Position numbers and translations under genes: made by a program
The notes under the pieces: generated by a model
Databases searched by the model: none
What the model was told of the DNA's origin: nothing
What the model saw: only the letters and a program-made list of their open reading frames with translations
Shown here: positions 1 through 13,865 of the stretch, in pieces
How the letters are laid out: every line of letters starts with the position of its first letter
How positions within the stretch are numbered: position 1 is the stretch's first letter
Source: Candidatus Eiseniibacteriota bacterium
GTDB lineage: Bacteria; Eisenbacteria; RBG-16-71-46; CAVPCR01
Length of the DNA: 64,000 nucleotides
NCBI GenBank assembly: GCA_963702435.1
Contig: CAVPCR010000003.1
Coordinates: 1-64,000, forward strand
Direction: 5' to 3'

Positions 1-202
1 GAGGCCAATTTCCTCTCCTACAAACTGGCGCTTTATGAGTTCATGAACCAGACTGGATACCGTTGTCTTGTTTAGACCTGTCGCTTCTGCTAACTCAGCG
101 CGCGAGACTGTCGGTTTTACGCAAATTATTCATAATCACAGAAAGGTTCATCTGGCGTACTAATGCCAGATCACCGGTGCGTAAACGGTCATTCGTTTTC
201 AT
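1..202 (-). CDS. ROK-family transcriptional repressor (XylR-like), N-terminal HTH, runs off window start
   Basis: Manual minus-strand translation across indels: MKTNDRLRTGDLALVRQMNLSVIMNNLRK..VSRAELAEATGLNKTTVSSLVHELIKRQFV, a typical ROK winged-HTH start; absent from the ORF track. Confidence 0.85.
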
Positions 203-241
203 GTCTATTTCTGGGCTATCAGAGGAAGAAAAGGAATAATC

Positions 242-270
242 ATTTAGTTAGTTGTAACAACCAACTAAAT
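242..270. promoter_or_regulatory. ROK/XylR-type palindromic operator
   Basis: ATTTAGTTaGTTGtaaCAACcAACTAAAT; 25-bp TTAGT..ACTAA core like Bacillus XylR operators; directly downstream of the ROK gene -10. Confidence 0.8.
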
Positions 271-296
271 TATATAATAGATTTGTCTGTTGTCAA
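269..296 (-). promoter_or_regulatory. sigma70 promoter of the ROK gene
   Basis: Minus strand TTGACA (296-291), 16 nt spacer, TATAAT (274-269). Confidence 0.75.
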
Positions 297-402
297 TAGT
301 CGCGAACTGCATCACTATGGCTTTCTCAAAAGTCGGGAAAAAGGGATGGTGAGAAGTGAAAAAGCTTGGGGATATCACCCGATCCGAATTGCTGTTATGT
401 AG

Positions 403-437
403 AATTCTCCCTAGTGATATCAGGGAGAATTTTCTTT
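403..437 (+). terminator. Hairpin followed by T-rich tract upstream of the kdp promoter
   Basis: aattctccct-loop-agggagaatt then ttcttt. Confidence 0.45.
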
Positions 438-500
438 ATACTTTCTTGACCTCTTTTCCATCCTTCTTGTCCCCTAATTTGACTGACAACTGCATACACT
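435..500 (+). promoter_or_regulatory. Putative KdpE box and -10 of the kdp promoter
   Basis: TTTATACTTTCTTGAC (435-450) resembles the E. coli KdpE site TTTATACTTTTTTTACA; TACACT at 495-500 at a comparable distance. Confidence 0.6.
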
Positions 501-522
501 AAAGGTCGAAATGGAGGCACAC

Positions 523-622
523 ATGAATGATTTGATTTATATCGGACTTACCGTACTTGTTCTTCGCCCTCACCTATGGATTGATCAGGGTCTGTGAGCG
601 GCTGATGGAGGATAAATCATGA
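523..622 (+). CDS. Small hydrophobic peptide upstream of kdpF (KdpZ/Y-like)
   Basis: GGAGG RBS; MNDLIYIGLTVL/FFALTYGLIRVCERLMEDKS* with one indel; stop overlaps the kdpF ATG. Confidence 0.6.
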
Positions 623-711
623 ACGTCTTGTATGTAATCACAGGCGTCATCACACTGATCCTGTTTGTCTATCTTGTATTGGCTTTACTTAAACCGGAGT
701 GGTTCGGATGA
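619..711 (+). CDS. kdpF: K+-transporting ATPase subunit F
   Basis: [38 protein letters not shown] motif; ATGA overlap with kdpA. Confidence 0.92.
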   Translation: MNVLYVITGVITLILFVYLVLALLKPEWFG

Positions 712-2467
712 ATCTCTATAGTTGGTTTCAACTTATTTTCTATATGGTGGTTTTGCTGGCTTCTGGCAAAACCGCTTGGTTCGTTTATGGCGAAAGTCTA
801 TCAGGGCGAGCACACCTTTCTGGACCGTGTGCTGGGTCCCGTTGAACGGTTCATTTATCGCCTCTCAGGCGTCAAAGCCTGACGAGGATATGAACTGGAA
901 GACCTATGCCATCGCGGTAATGGTGTTCAATGTGCTTGGTCTGCTGGTGGTGTATGCCTTGCAGCGGCTTCAAGCTATTCTGCCGCTCAACCCGCAGGGA
1001 CTTGGCGCGGTCACTCCCGATTCCTCGTGGAATACCGCCGTCAGTTTTGCAACCAACACCAACTGGCAGGGCTATGGCGGCGAAGTGACCATGAGTTATC
1101 TCTCGCAGATGCTCGGCCTGACGGTGCAGAACTTCGTCTCTGCGGCGACGGGCATGGCTGTGTTGGTTGCGCTTGATCCGCGGGATTGTGCGTCACACTG
1201 CCAAAGGCATCGGCAACTTTTGGGTGGACCTCACCCGTTCCACGCTTTATATCCTTTTGCCGCTTGTCGCTCGTGGTAGCGCTTGCGCTGGTTTCACAAG
1301 GCGTGGTGCAAACATTCAGTCGAATATAAGACGGTTGCTTTGCTTCAACCCACAACTGATGCAAACGGCAATGCTGTGACTGAACAGGTGCTGGCTGTTG
1401 GCCCTGCGGCTTCGCAAATTGCCATCAAGCAATTGGGCACGAACGGCGGCGGATTCTTCAACGTCAACTCGGCGCATCCGTTTGAAAATTCAACACCGTT
1501 CTCGAACTTCCTGGAGATGTTGTCCATTCTCGTGATCCCTGCCGCGCTGTGCTACACCTTCGGCAAGATGGTGGGGGACACACGTCAGGGTTGGGCGATC
1601 CTGATCACGATGACCATCATCTTCGTGGCGTTTCATCGGATTGGCGGTCTGGGCGGAGCAGAGCTGGCAACCCTGCCTTCACAGAGATGGGCGTTGATCA
1701 AATCCAGACCAATATCAATCCTGGCGGCAACATGGAAGGCAAGGAAGACGCGCTTCGGCGATTGCCAACTCTGCGCTCTGGGCAACCGCCACGACTGCCG
1801 CCTCCAATGGCTCGGTCAACTCGATGCACGATTTGTTCATGCCGCTCGGCGGATTGGTTCCGATGTTTATGATGCAGTTGGGCGAGATCATCTTCGGCGG
1901 CGTTGGCTCGGGCTTGTATGGAATGCTGGCATTTGTCATCGTGGCGGTGTTCATCTCTGGCTTGATGGTCGGACGCACGCCTGAATATCTGGGCAAGAAG
2001 ATCGAAGCCTATCGAAATGAAGATGGCTTCCCTCATGCTCTTGATCCCGATCTTGTTGGCAAAAGTTGGCACGGCGATTGCAGTCGTGACATCCGCTGGT
2101 CTGGCCACGATTTGGAACACGGGCGGTCCGCATGGATTTAGCGAAGTGCTGTACGCCTTTTCATCGGCGGCGAATAACAACGGTTCAGCATTTGCTGGTT
2201 TGGGCGCGAACAATCCGTTCTACAACACTGCGCTTGGGCATCTGCATGTTCTTTGCCCGTTACTGGCTGATCGTCCCCGCGCTGGCAATTGCAGGCTCGC
2301 TGGTCCAAAAGAAAAAAATCCCTGCAAGTGCTGGGACTTTGCCCACGCATACGCCGCTGTTTATTGCCTGGCTGATCGGTGTCATCATGATCGTCGGCGC
2401 GTTGAGCTTTATCCCTGCGCTGGCGTTGGGTCCGATCGTCGAGCACTTGATGGTCTTTGGTCATTAG
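708..2467 (+). CDS. kdpA: K+-transporting ATPase subunit A (several indels)
   Basis: [68 protein letters not shown] motifs across ORF fragments. Confidence 0.97.
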
Positions 2468-2477
2468 GAGATTATGA

Positions 2478-4580
<2,103 letters not shown>

Positions 4581-4595
4581 CATAGGAGATATGCG

Positions 4596-4865
4596 ATGTC
4601 TACCAATTCGTCTCATCCGAAATCTGCGTTTCAACATACTGCTCCTGAGCAGTTGCAGGATAGAATAGACAAGGAGATCATGCTTTCAACACGCTGACTT
4701 TCTGAAATGGTAATTGGGTTTGCATGCATCGTTGCACTACGGCATCGAGTGCTTTCGACCCTGATTTCCTCTGAATTCCAATATCCGGCGGTCCACTGGT
4801 CTTTCTATGCATTCAACATCTTATGGACTCTTTGCCATTTGTCTCAGGAATTGTTCAACCAATGA
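4596..4865 (+). CDS. Small (~90 aa) putative two-TM protein between kdpB and kdpC
   Basis: AGGAG RBS 7 nt before ATG; 270 nt frame with one internal TGA (probable error); hydrophobic C-terminal half; stop overlaps the kdpC ATG. Confidence 0.45.
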
Positions 4866-5455
4866 AAATGACTCAACTTCGCCCCGCTCTTATGATTTTT
4901 GCTCTCTCACCATCATTACAGGGGTGATCTATCCGCTGGCTGTGACAGGCATCGCACAAGTCGATATTTCCGCATCAAGCCAACGGCAGCCTCATCATGG
5001 TCGATGGCAAAGCTGTCGGCTCGGAATTGATCGGTCAGCAGTTCGAGATCCCAGATATTTTTGGGGACGCATCTCAGCCACAGGCGCCTTCGCCTACAAT
5101 GCCTACAACGCCGAAAACCTGACAGCCTCATCCGGCTCGAACTACGGCCCGTTGAATCCCGCTCTGATGGATATGGTCCAGGCGCGCATCGACGCCCTCA
5201 AAGCGGCTGACCCTGATAACACGCTTCCGATTCCCGTTGACCTGGTCACTGCTTCGGGGAGCGGACTTGACCCGCATATCAGCGTCGCCGCAGCGTTGTA
5301 TCAGGTTCGGCGCGTGGCATCCGCCCGCGGGTTGGATGAAGCGGATGTCAAATCCCTCGGTGGAGAAATATACTGAAGGACGTCAATTCGGCTTTCTCGG
5401 CGAGCCGCGTGTCAATGTCCTGTTGTTGAATTTGGCGTTGGATGGGATACAATAA
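4862..5455 (+). CDS. kdpC: K+-transporting ATPase subunit C (indels)
   Basis: [53 protein letters not shown]. Confidence 0.96.
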
Positions 5456-5460
5456 ATTTG

Positions 5461-8127
5461 ATGGAACATCGTCCCGACCCCGACGAACTGCTCAAACATG
5501 TTCAAGCCGAAGAACCCAGCCGCGGAAAACTAAAAATCTTCCTCGGCTATGTCGCGGGCGTGGGCAAGACCTATGCCATGCTCGAAGCCGCGCACCAACG
5601 CAAGGAACAGGGCGTGGATGTGGTGGTCGGCTATATCGAAACCCACAAACGCGCCGAAACCGAAGAACTGGTTGAAGGGTTGGAAGTGTTGCCGCGCAAG
5701 CAGGTGGAATATCACAATGTGACCCTGCCCGAACTGGATGTGGATGCGGTCCTCAAACGCCGCCCGCAACTGGTTCTGGTGGACGAATTCGCCCACACCA
5801 ACGCGCCCGGTTCGCGCCATCCCAAACGCTTTCAGGATGTGGAGGAAATTCTCGATGCGGGCATTGACGTGTACACCACGCTCAACATCCAGCATCTCGA
5901 AAGTTTGAACGACATCGTTGCACAGGTGACGGGCGTCATCGTGCGCGAGACCATCCCCGACCGCGTGATCGACGAAGCCTCCGAGATCGAAGTCATTGAC
6001 CTGCCTCCCGATGAATTGCTCGTCCGTTTGCAGGAAGGCAAAGTCTACATTCCCGAGCAGGCCAGCCGCGCCATTCAAAAATTCTTCCGCAAAGGGAATC
6101 TCACCGCCCTGCGTGAAATGTCCCTGCGCCGCGCCGCCGAACGCGTGGATGACCAGATGCGTTCGTACATGCAGACGCGCGCCATCTCCGGTCCGTGGGC
6201 GGCGGGCGAACGCCTGCTGGTTTGCATCAGCCCCAGCCCGCTGGCGGAAAAACTGATCCGCACCACGCGCAGGCTGGCGGATGAACTCAACGCCGAATGG
6301 TTTGCCGTCTATGTGGAGATCGCATCCAAGCCCGAGAACAATCCCGCCAATCGGGAACGCATCGGTCGCACCCTGCAACTGGCTGAGGAACTGGGAGCAA
6401 AATCCCTCACCCTGGCAGGACGTTCCATCCATGAGGCGGTGCTTGATTATGCGCGCAAAAATAACATCACAAAAGTTGTGGTCGGCAAACCGCTCAAACC
6501 GCGCTGGCAGGAGATCATCACAGGCTCCATCGTTGACCAACTCATCTATGCCAGCGGCGATATTGACGTATATGTCATCAGCGCGCGAGACGGAGCTAAG
6601 CAAACCCATCATCCCAACCGACTGGCAGCCACATCGTCCCATTGGGACGCTATCTGCTCAGCCTCGGCCTTGTTGCTCTTTCCACTCTGCTTGGCATTAC
6701 CGTTCGCGGCAATCTGGAACCCACCAACCTGGTCATGCTCTATCTGGCATCGGTGGTCATCTCGGCGATTTTCCTCGGGCGTGGACCGTCCCTGCTTGCT
6801 GCGATTGCGGGCGTGCTGGCTTTCGACTTTTTCCTCGTCCCGCCTTATCTCACCTTTGCGGTCAGTGACACACAATACCTCATCACCTTCGTTGTGCTTT
6901 TTGTGGTCAGCCTTGTGATCAGTTCGCTCACTGCACGGGTCCGCGAACAAGCCGAAGCCGCCATCCGACGCGAATCACAAACATCCGCGCTCTACAACCT
7001 CGGCCGGGACCTGACCTCCGCCACCGACCTTGAAACAGGTCGCGGAAATCATCATCTCCCACATCGGCCAGGCATTTGGGCGCGAGGTTGCCATCTTCCT
7101 CCCGGAAAACGGACAGCTATCATCCGTTTGCCAGTTCACCCAATTATCATCCCGACGAAAATGAACTGGCGGTGGCCGCCTGGGCATTCGAGCATGACCA
7201 GCCTGCGGGTCGCGGCACGGATACGCTGCCCGCCGCCAGCATCCGCTGTCATCCGCTGAAAACATCAAATGGACTGGTCGGCGTGCTGGGAATTCATCCA
7301 AAAGAAACGGGCAGTTTTCTCACCCCCGAACAGCGACAAACCTTGGCCGCCTTTGCCAACCAGGCTGCGCTTGCCATCGAACGCGCCAGTCTTGCGGAAC
7401 AGGCGCGTCAGGCTGAACTTTTGCAAGCCACTGAAAAACTGCAAACCGCCCTGCTCAATTCGATCTCGCACGATCTGCGCACACCGCTGGTTTCGATCAC
7501 GGGCGCGCTGACCAGCCTCGATGAACAATCTGACATGCTCGAACGATGAATATCGCCGCAGTCTGATCGTCACCGCCCGCGAAGAAGCGGACCGATTGAA
7601 TCGACTCGTCGGCAACCTGCTTTCGATGACGCGCATCGAAAGCGGCGCCATCAAACTTCACTCGAGCCTGGCGATATCAGGATGTGATCGGCACCGCCCT
7701 CGAACAACTTGGCAAACGCATTGGCAGAGCACGATGTCAAAGTGAATGTCCCCGCGGATTTCCCGCTCGTGCCAATGGATTTCACGCTGATGGTTCAGGT
7801 GGTTGTCAACGTGTTGGAGAACGCGGTCAAATATTCGCCTGAAAGATTCGCTGATCGAAGTCTCCGCCTGCCTGGTGGATGAAAAAGCCCGCCTCCAAAT
7901 CGCGGACCGTGGGGTGGGCATCCCACCCGAAGACCTGGCGCGCATCTTCGACAAATTCTACCGAGTCCAGCGCCCCGAGAGTGTCAGCGGCACAGGGCTG
8001 GGACTTTCCATCAGCAAGGGAATCGTCGAAGCGCATCATGGTAATATTTATGCAAGTGCCCGCGAAGGCGGCGGGACGATGATCACGATTGAATTGCCAT
8101 TGAATGATGATCACAGGAATAAGACTG
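5461..8127 (+). CDS. kdpD: Sensor histidine kinase KdpD (indels; exact stop uncertain)
   Basis: GKLKIFLGYVAGVGKTYAML, Usp domain, 4 TM, GAF, SHDLRTPL H-box, GTGLGLSI. Confidence 0.96.
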
Positions 8128-8813
8128 ATGAGTCGAAACAGGCCAACGCGATCCTTGTCGTGGACGATGAAGCACCCATCAGGCGTTATCTGCGCGCCGC
8201 ACTCAGCGCACAGGGTTTCACCATCTACGAAGCCGCCAATGGACAGGAAGCCCTGAATGCCGTCATTGCCGACCGCCCCGACATCATCATCCTTGACCTC
8301 GGTCTGCCCGATATCGACGGCATCGAAGTCACGCGCCGACTGCGCGAATGGTCGCAAACGCCCATCATCATCCTCTCTGTGCGCGAAGCCGAACAGGATA
8401 AGATCGCCGCCCTCGATGCGGGCGCGGACGATTACCTCACCAAGCCCTTCGGCACAGGCGAACTCATGGCGCGCATGCGCGTCGCCATGCGCAGGCTGGC
8501 CAGCAAACCCGATGAACCCATTCTGCAGGTGGACGAACTGCAAATGGATTTATCCCGCCGCGTGGTGACCGTGCGAGGACGATGAAATCTCCCTGACCCC
8601 CACCGAATACGACATCCTGCGCTTGCTGATGCAAAATGCGGGGAAGGTAATCACCCACCATCATTTGCTCAGGCAGGTATGGGGCACAGCCTACGAAAGC
8701 GAAATGCACATCCTGCGAGTCAACATCAGCAACCTGCGCCGCAAGATCGAACCCGATCCTGCGCGTCCACATTATTTGTTGACAGAGCCGGTGGGTACCG
8801 TATCAGAGTATGA
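8128..8813 (+). CDS. kdpE: OmpR-family response regulator KdpE (indels)
   Basis: ILVVDDE, LDLGLPDIDG, GADDYLTKPF, LRRKIEPDPARPHYLLTEP; follows kdpD. Confidence 0.93.
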
Positions 8814-8854
8814 ATTTTCATCCTCTCCACTATTAAGTATTCTCTCAATACCAT

Positions 8855-9030
8855 TTCCATACTTGGCGATACACAAAAGCCTGTACTGTGCGCTCCTGCT
8901 GTCGTTACCAAACATCAAAAGCTCATCTTATTCTCGACGAATTGACATCCACATCGAAGTCCTGCGTGTGGACTACGAGAAACTGTCCAATGACCGCCTC
9001 GGCGAGTTGGCGCGGGCGAGACAACGCTGT
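8855..9030 (+). pseudogene. comM: Fragment of a ComM/YifB Mg-chelatase-like ATPase gene
   Basis: Degenerate YLGDTQK.C.CAPAVVTK.QK...RIDIHIEVLRVDYEKLSNDRLGE resembles the ComM C-terminal part (CxC..YQxRISGPLLDRIDIHIEV.RV); no start or 5' part. Confidence 0.7.
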
Positions 9031-9177
9031 CCGGTTCGCGGACGTGGTGTATTCCACAACCCAGAAAGGCGCTGGGAGCGAGGTATGTCAGCTACAGGTT
9101 CAAATTAGATAAAGCGGGAATAGTCTTGAATGTGCGTCAACATCGTTTTTTATCTTAAAAAGTCACAAAAAAGATTA

Positions 9178-9234
9178 TTGACAATTAACGAATTTAGTGC
9201 AATAATATCGTTACCGGTAATGATACCGGTAACG
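9178..9234 (+). promoter_or_regulatory. sigma70 promoter with LacI-type double operator
   Basis: TTGACA-17-AATAAT (9178-9206) followed by near-palindrome CGTTACCGGTAatgaTACCGGTAACG (9209-9234). Confidence 0.8.
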
Positions 9235-9255
9235 TATTCGATAAATCCCCTGCCA

Positions 9256-10271
9256 ATGATTACTAAAAAACGCGTTGTGACCATTCAGGATGTAGCCAAA
9301 AAGGCTGGTGTTTCCGTATCAACCGTTTCTCGTGTGTTGAACGGCAAGGTTGACGTGGCACGGGACACACAAGATCGAATTAGCGAAGTTATTTCTCAGT
9401 TGGGGTATACGTCAAATCTGGCCGCGCGAAGTATGCGTAGCCGCAAAAAGAATCTGATCGGGCTTGTGGTTCCGGATATTGGGTTTCCATATTCGATTGA
9501 AATAATGAGGGGCATTGACCGGGCAATTGCAGAATCAAGTTTTGATTTGTTACTTTATACGACCGGGGGCATTCACAAGGCTGGCACCATTACTCGTGAA
9601 CAACACTATGTCTCTTTGCTAAGCAACTCCCTGACCGATGGCGTGGTTGTGGTGGCAACTTCGGCATCAGACTTTATCACCGACGTGCCGCTCGTTGCAG
9701 TGGATCCTCATGTGATCAGACCAAATTATCCTTGTGTGCAGGGAACGAACTATCAGGGGGCATTGGATGCCATGAATTATCTTTTGCGCCTGGGTCACCG
9801 GCGCATAGGTTTTATCAATGGCAGACCGGAAATTGGAAGCGCTCAAAATCGTCTGGCCGGGTACCGGGATGCCCTCCTCAATAACGGATTTGAACCGGAT
9901 GAAACATTGATCATGCCGGGGGATTTTTCCACAAAAACCGGCCATGAACGTACACTTCAATTGATGGCATTGGACAATCCGCCCACGGCGATTTTTGCGG
10001 CGAATGACCAATCTGCAATTGGAGTATATCAGGCGGCCAGCGAACTAGGCTTGCACATCCCGGAGGATTTGTCTGTAGTGGGTTTTGACAACATATCGGA
10101 AGCCAAGCATATGGGTCTCACCACAGTGGATCAATTTCTCCCCGAGATGGGTTATGTAGCCATCAAAATGCTCATTACATTGATCAATGAAAAGCCTCTT
10201 GAAGAGCAAGTGCATAAGATGCAAACCACTTAATACAACGTGACTCTTGCCGGGTTATGACAGGAGCCTAG
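9256..10271 (+). CDS. LacI-family transcriptional regulator
   Basis: VTIQDVAKKAGVSVSTVSRVLN HTH, PTAIFAAND, IPEDLSVVGFD; indel near the C-terminus. Confidence 0.95.
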
Positions 10272-10482
10272 ATAAACAATGACCAAGAAGAAATCATTCC
10301 GCCAGTTGAAATCACTGATCAAAAAAAAACAGGAAAGGAGGTGGTTAGAAGAGAAGTTAAACAAAAATGCAGGCCTTCTCTCCAACCTTGGCAGATGAAG
10401 GAAGGCCTGCGGAGTTGTGCGGAGATCTCTCCACACAAAGTTAGTATAACCTAATCAAAACTAAATTAGAAGGAGAAGACCC

Positions 10483-11894
10483 ATGCGTAAGTCAATCGTA
10501 ATTTTAATGAGTTTGCTGGTGGTTACCAGTATGCTCCTGACCGCCTGCGGTGGTGAAAAGCCCCCCGCCGCGGAATTGAAGGGCACCCTGAATGTGTGGT
10601 CGTTCACCAATGAAATCCGCACCATGGCAATTGCCTTTCAAGGCAAGCATCCTGAAGTGGATGTCGTCTACACCATGATCCCGATGACCAATGGCGAATA
10701 TCAGACCAAGGTGAAGGCTGCCGCTGGCACCGCGGACTCTCCCGATGTCGTCGCTCTGGAAGCCGCTTTCGTCAAGGAATGGGTTGAAGCTGATCTCCTG
10801 GCGGACCTGAACGATTTGCTTCCCCTGACCAAAGACCTCAAGACCTACCCGGCTGTTGTTCAAGTTGGCACGTATGATGGCGTTGCAAAAGGCTTTTCCT
10901 ACCAGGCCACCCCAGGCGCTTTCTTCTATCGCCGCAGCATCGCCAAAGAATGCCTTGGCACCGACGATCCCGCCGAAGTGCAGGCCATGGTCGCCGATAT
11001 GGACAAATTCGTCGAAACCGCTGCCAAGATCAAGGCATGCGGCACTGGCGACTACTTCACAGTCGGGACCGGCGGCGAACTGTTCAACTCCCTTCCTCGC
11101 CAACCGCGCCCAGCCCTGGGTTGTTGATGGCAAATTGGTCATCGACCCCAAGGTCGAAGAATATGTCCAATTCGCAAAATTGATGCGCGACAAAGGTTAT
11201 GAATCAGGCGCCACCCAGTGGACTGAAGGTTGGTTTGCTGGCATGAACGACACGTCTGAAGGATGCCGAAGGCACTCCCAAGAAAGTCTTCAGCTACTTC
11301 CTGCCCACCTGGGGTCTGCCCTATGTTTTGAGCCCCCAACGCCAAGTCGAAAGATGGCGCGAGCGACACCAGCGGCGACTGGGCCATGATCAACGGACCG
11401 CTGTCCTATCAATGGGGCGGCACCTGGGTTGGCGTTTTGGATGGCAGCCCGAACAGCTGAACTTGGCAAAGAATTCGTCAAGTTCGTTGCTCTTGACGAA
11501 GAGAACCTGACCAACTGGGCCACCGGCGTTTACACCAATGAATACTTGAAAGCCATCGATCCCGACAATGCCCGATGACCAGAAACAGGCTGCTGGCGAC
11601 TTCGTCTCCAGCCAGGTCGTGGTTGAGAAGATCACAAGCAGCTTTCGATAAATCCACACTGGCCGACTTCCTCGGCGGCGAGAACTCCTACGGAGCCTTC
11701 GCGCAAGCCGCCCCGAGCGTCAATGGCGAGTTGATGACCGGTTCGGATGACGCCATTCAGCGCGCCCTCGAAGGATCCGCTGAGCCGCTTACCTTGGCGG
11801 AACCATGACTGAAGCCGAAATGTGGCAGGCATGGCTGGATGCGGTTCGGAATGAATTCCCCGATCTGATCATCCCTGAACCCCCCGTAAAGTAA
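10483..11894 (+). CDS. Carbohydrate ABC transporter substrate-binding lipoprotein (indels)
   Basis: Lipobox LLTAC, AGGAG RBS, CUT1 SBP-like sequence, upstream of two permeases. Confidence 0.9.
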
Positions 11895-11910
11895 TCCGTT
11901 CTAGAGCTTT

Positions 11911-11945
11911 GTGGGTCAGTGTATTCTCGTGATACACTGACCCAC
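11911..11945 (+). other. Intergenic stem-loop after the SBP gene
   Basis: gtgggtcagtgtat-tctcgtg-atacactgacccac, 14-bp perfect stem. Confidence 0.7.
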
Positions 11946-12007
11946 CCTGTTTTCCAGTCATCTTCAATAAGTTGGCAGAATCAGTTTTATCATCAGACGG
12001 AGGCAGC

Positions 12008-12979
12008 ATGAAACTTGTCAAATTCAAGAAAAAATACACCGGGTATCTGTTCCTTGCGCCCTTCATCATTGGCTTTCTTATCTTTGGCTTATACCCGGTT
12101 ATTAACACAATAGCACTTAGCTTTACCGATACCACGCTGATGTCAAAAAGCAGCCATTTCGTCGGCATTGCCAACTTCAAGCGCTTATTTGCCGATGATG
12201 TTTTTTATGAGGGCGGTGGGGAACACGTGGTTGATCTGGATCTTGAATTTCATTCCACAGATCGGCATCGCATTGTTATTGTCCGTTCTGTTCACGAGCG
12301 CCCGGCTCAAGATCAGGGCAGTTGGGGTTTGGCGGGCAATATTCTTTTTGCCGAACCTGCTGATGCCGGCTGCGGTGGCGGCTTTGTTTAATGCGTTGTT
12401 TGCCTACTATGGGCCTGCGAATCAATTCATGGTCAGGGCTGGATTCTTGAGTGAAGCCATGCGATTTTTGGAGAATGATCTGGGTGACGCGCGGACTGGT
12501 GGTTTTCATCCAATGGTGGACGTGGTTTGGACAGACCATGATCATCGTCATGGCTGGCATGACCTCCATCCCCATTCACCTGTATGAAGCCGCCATGGTG
12601 GATGGTGCAAGCGTCTGGCAAATGTTCAGGCGCATCACCCTGCCGCTCTTGAAACCCATCCTGATCTTTATCTTCGTGACATCACTGGTGGGCGGCATGC
12701 AGATGTTCGATATTCCATTCCTGTTGACGGATGGCAGAGGCTCTCCCATTAAGCTCGATCCAAACGAACAATATCCTGATGTATATGAAGTTTGCCAGCA
12801 GCAAGGGACATATTGGGGCCGCCTCCTCGGTTGGCGTATTGATATTCATCATGACCAGCATTTGCGCCTTGGGAATCTTCTATTTCCTGCGAGACAAGGA
12901 TGCAGTTGACGCACAACCGACCAGAACAGTCGACTTTCCAAAAAGACCACAGAGAGGTCACAATCATGATCAACTATAA
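12008..12979 (+). CDS. Sugar ABC permease (indels)
   Basis: YLFLAPFIIGFLIFGLYP; EAA motif LYEAAMVDGAS..QMFRRITLPLLKP. Confidence 0.92.
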
Positions 12980-13810
12980 ATTTGGCACTTATGTGATGCG
13001 CTTTTTTGTTTACGCCTCTGCTGTTTTTCCTGTTGATCATCACCATTGTCCCGATCTGGTTATTGATAGTGAACGCAACCCGCTCAACAACAGAGATTCA
13101 ACAGGGTATCAGTATTTTGCCAAGCACGCACCTGATCGAAAACTACCGGCTCTTGCTCAGCAAGGGATTAACCTGCCGAGAGGCTTCGCGAACAGCCTGT
13201 TTCTCGCAGTCGCTTCGACGGCTGTCACGGTTTATTTCTCGCTTGTTGACGGCCTATGGAATGGTCGTTTACGACTTCCCGGGCAAAAAAATATTCTCCA
13301 ACTTTGTCATTGTGCTGGTCATGATCCCCATGCAGCTTTCCATTATTGGCTTCTATCAATATATGTCCAAGCTGGGGCTGACCGATAATTACGCCTCGCT
13401 TGATTCTGCCGCTTATCGCAAATGCCGGCGCGGTTTTCTTCGGCAAGCAATACCTCGAATCAATGGTGATCCAGGATTTGATCGATGCCGCCAGGATCGA
13501 TGGCGCCAGTGAATTGGGCATCTTTCACAAGGTGATGATGCCTCTGGCAGTACCGGGGGCGGCCACCATGGGCATTTTTGCCTTTGTTGCATCCTGGAAT
13601 AATTTTTTCAACCCGTTCATCTTGATCTCATCAATAGAAAAATACACCCTGCCCATGCTGGTGCAAACCTTGCGTGGCGACGTGTATCGAACCGAATATG
13701 GCGCCATCTACCTCGGGCTGGCGATTACCATTGTGCCGATCATTATCATGTATGCCTTTTTCTCCCGTTACATCGTCAGCGGCATCGCCATGGGCGCAGT
13801 GAAGGAATAA
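12966..13810 (+). CDS. Sugar ABC permease (indels)
   Basis: LIDAARIDGASE motif, FVASWNNFF.P, GIAMGAVKE end. Confidence 0.92.
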
Positions 13811-13865
13811 ATTGTCAGAAACAGTGTTTCAGGCAGTCAAAATCCATGAACCACATTGAGGCATT

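Noticed and set aside
300..520. c-di-AMP (ydaO) riboswitch upstream of kdp
   Set aside because: Its conserved motifs are not visible; a KdpE-like box and kdpDE explain the regulation
4695..4697. Selenocysteine or readthrough TGA in the ORF between kdpB and kdpC
   Set aside because: No SECIS-like hairpin or redox motif is evident; compensating indels are more likely
7803..8585. KdpD-KdpE hybrid fusion in the ORF track
   Set aside because: Removing two extra bases restores a normal KdpE start at 8128 (MSQTGQRILVVDDE); probably an indel artefact
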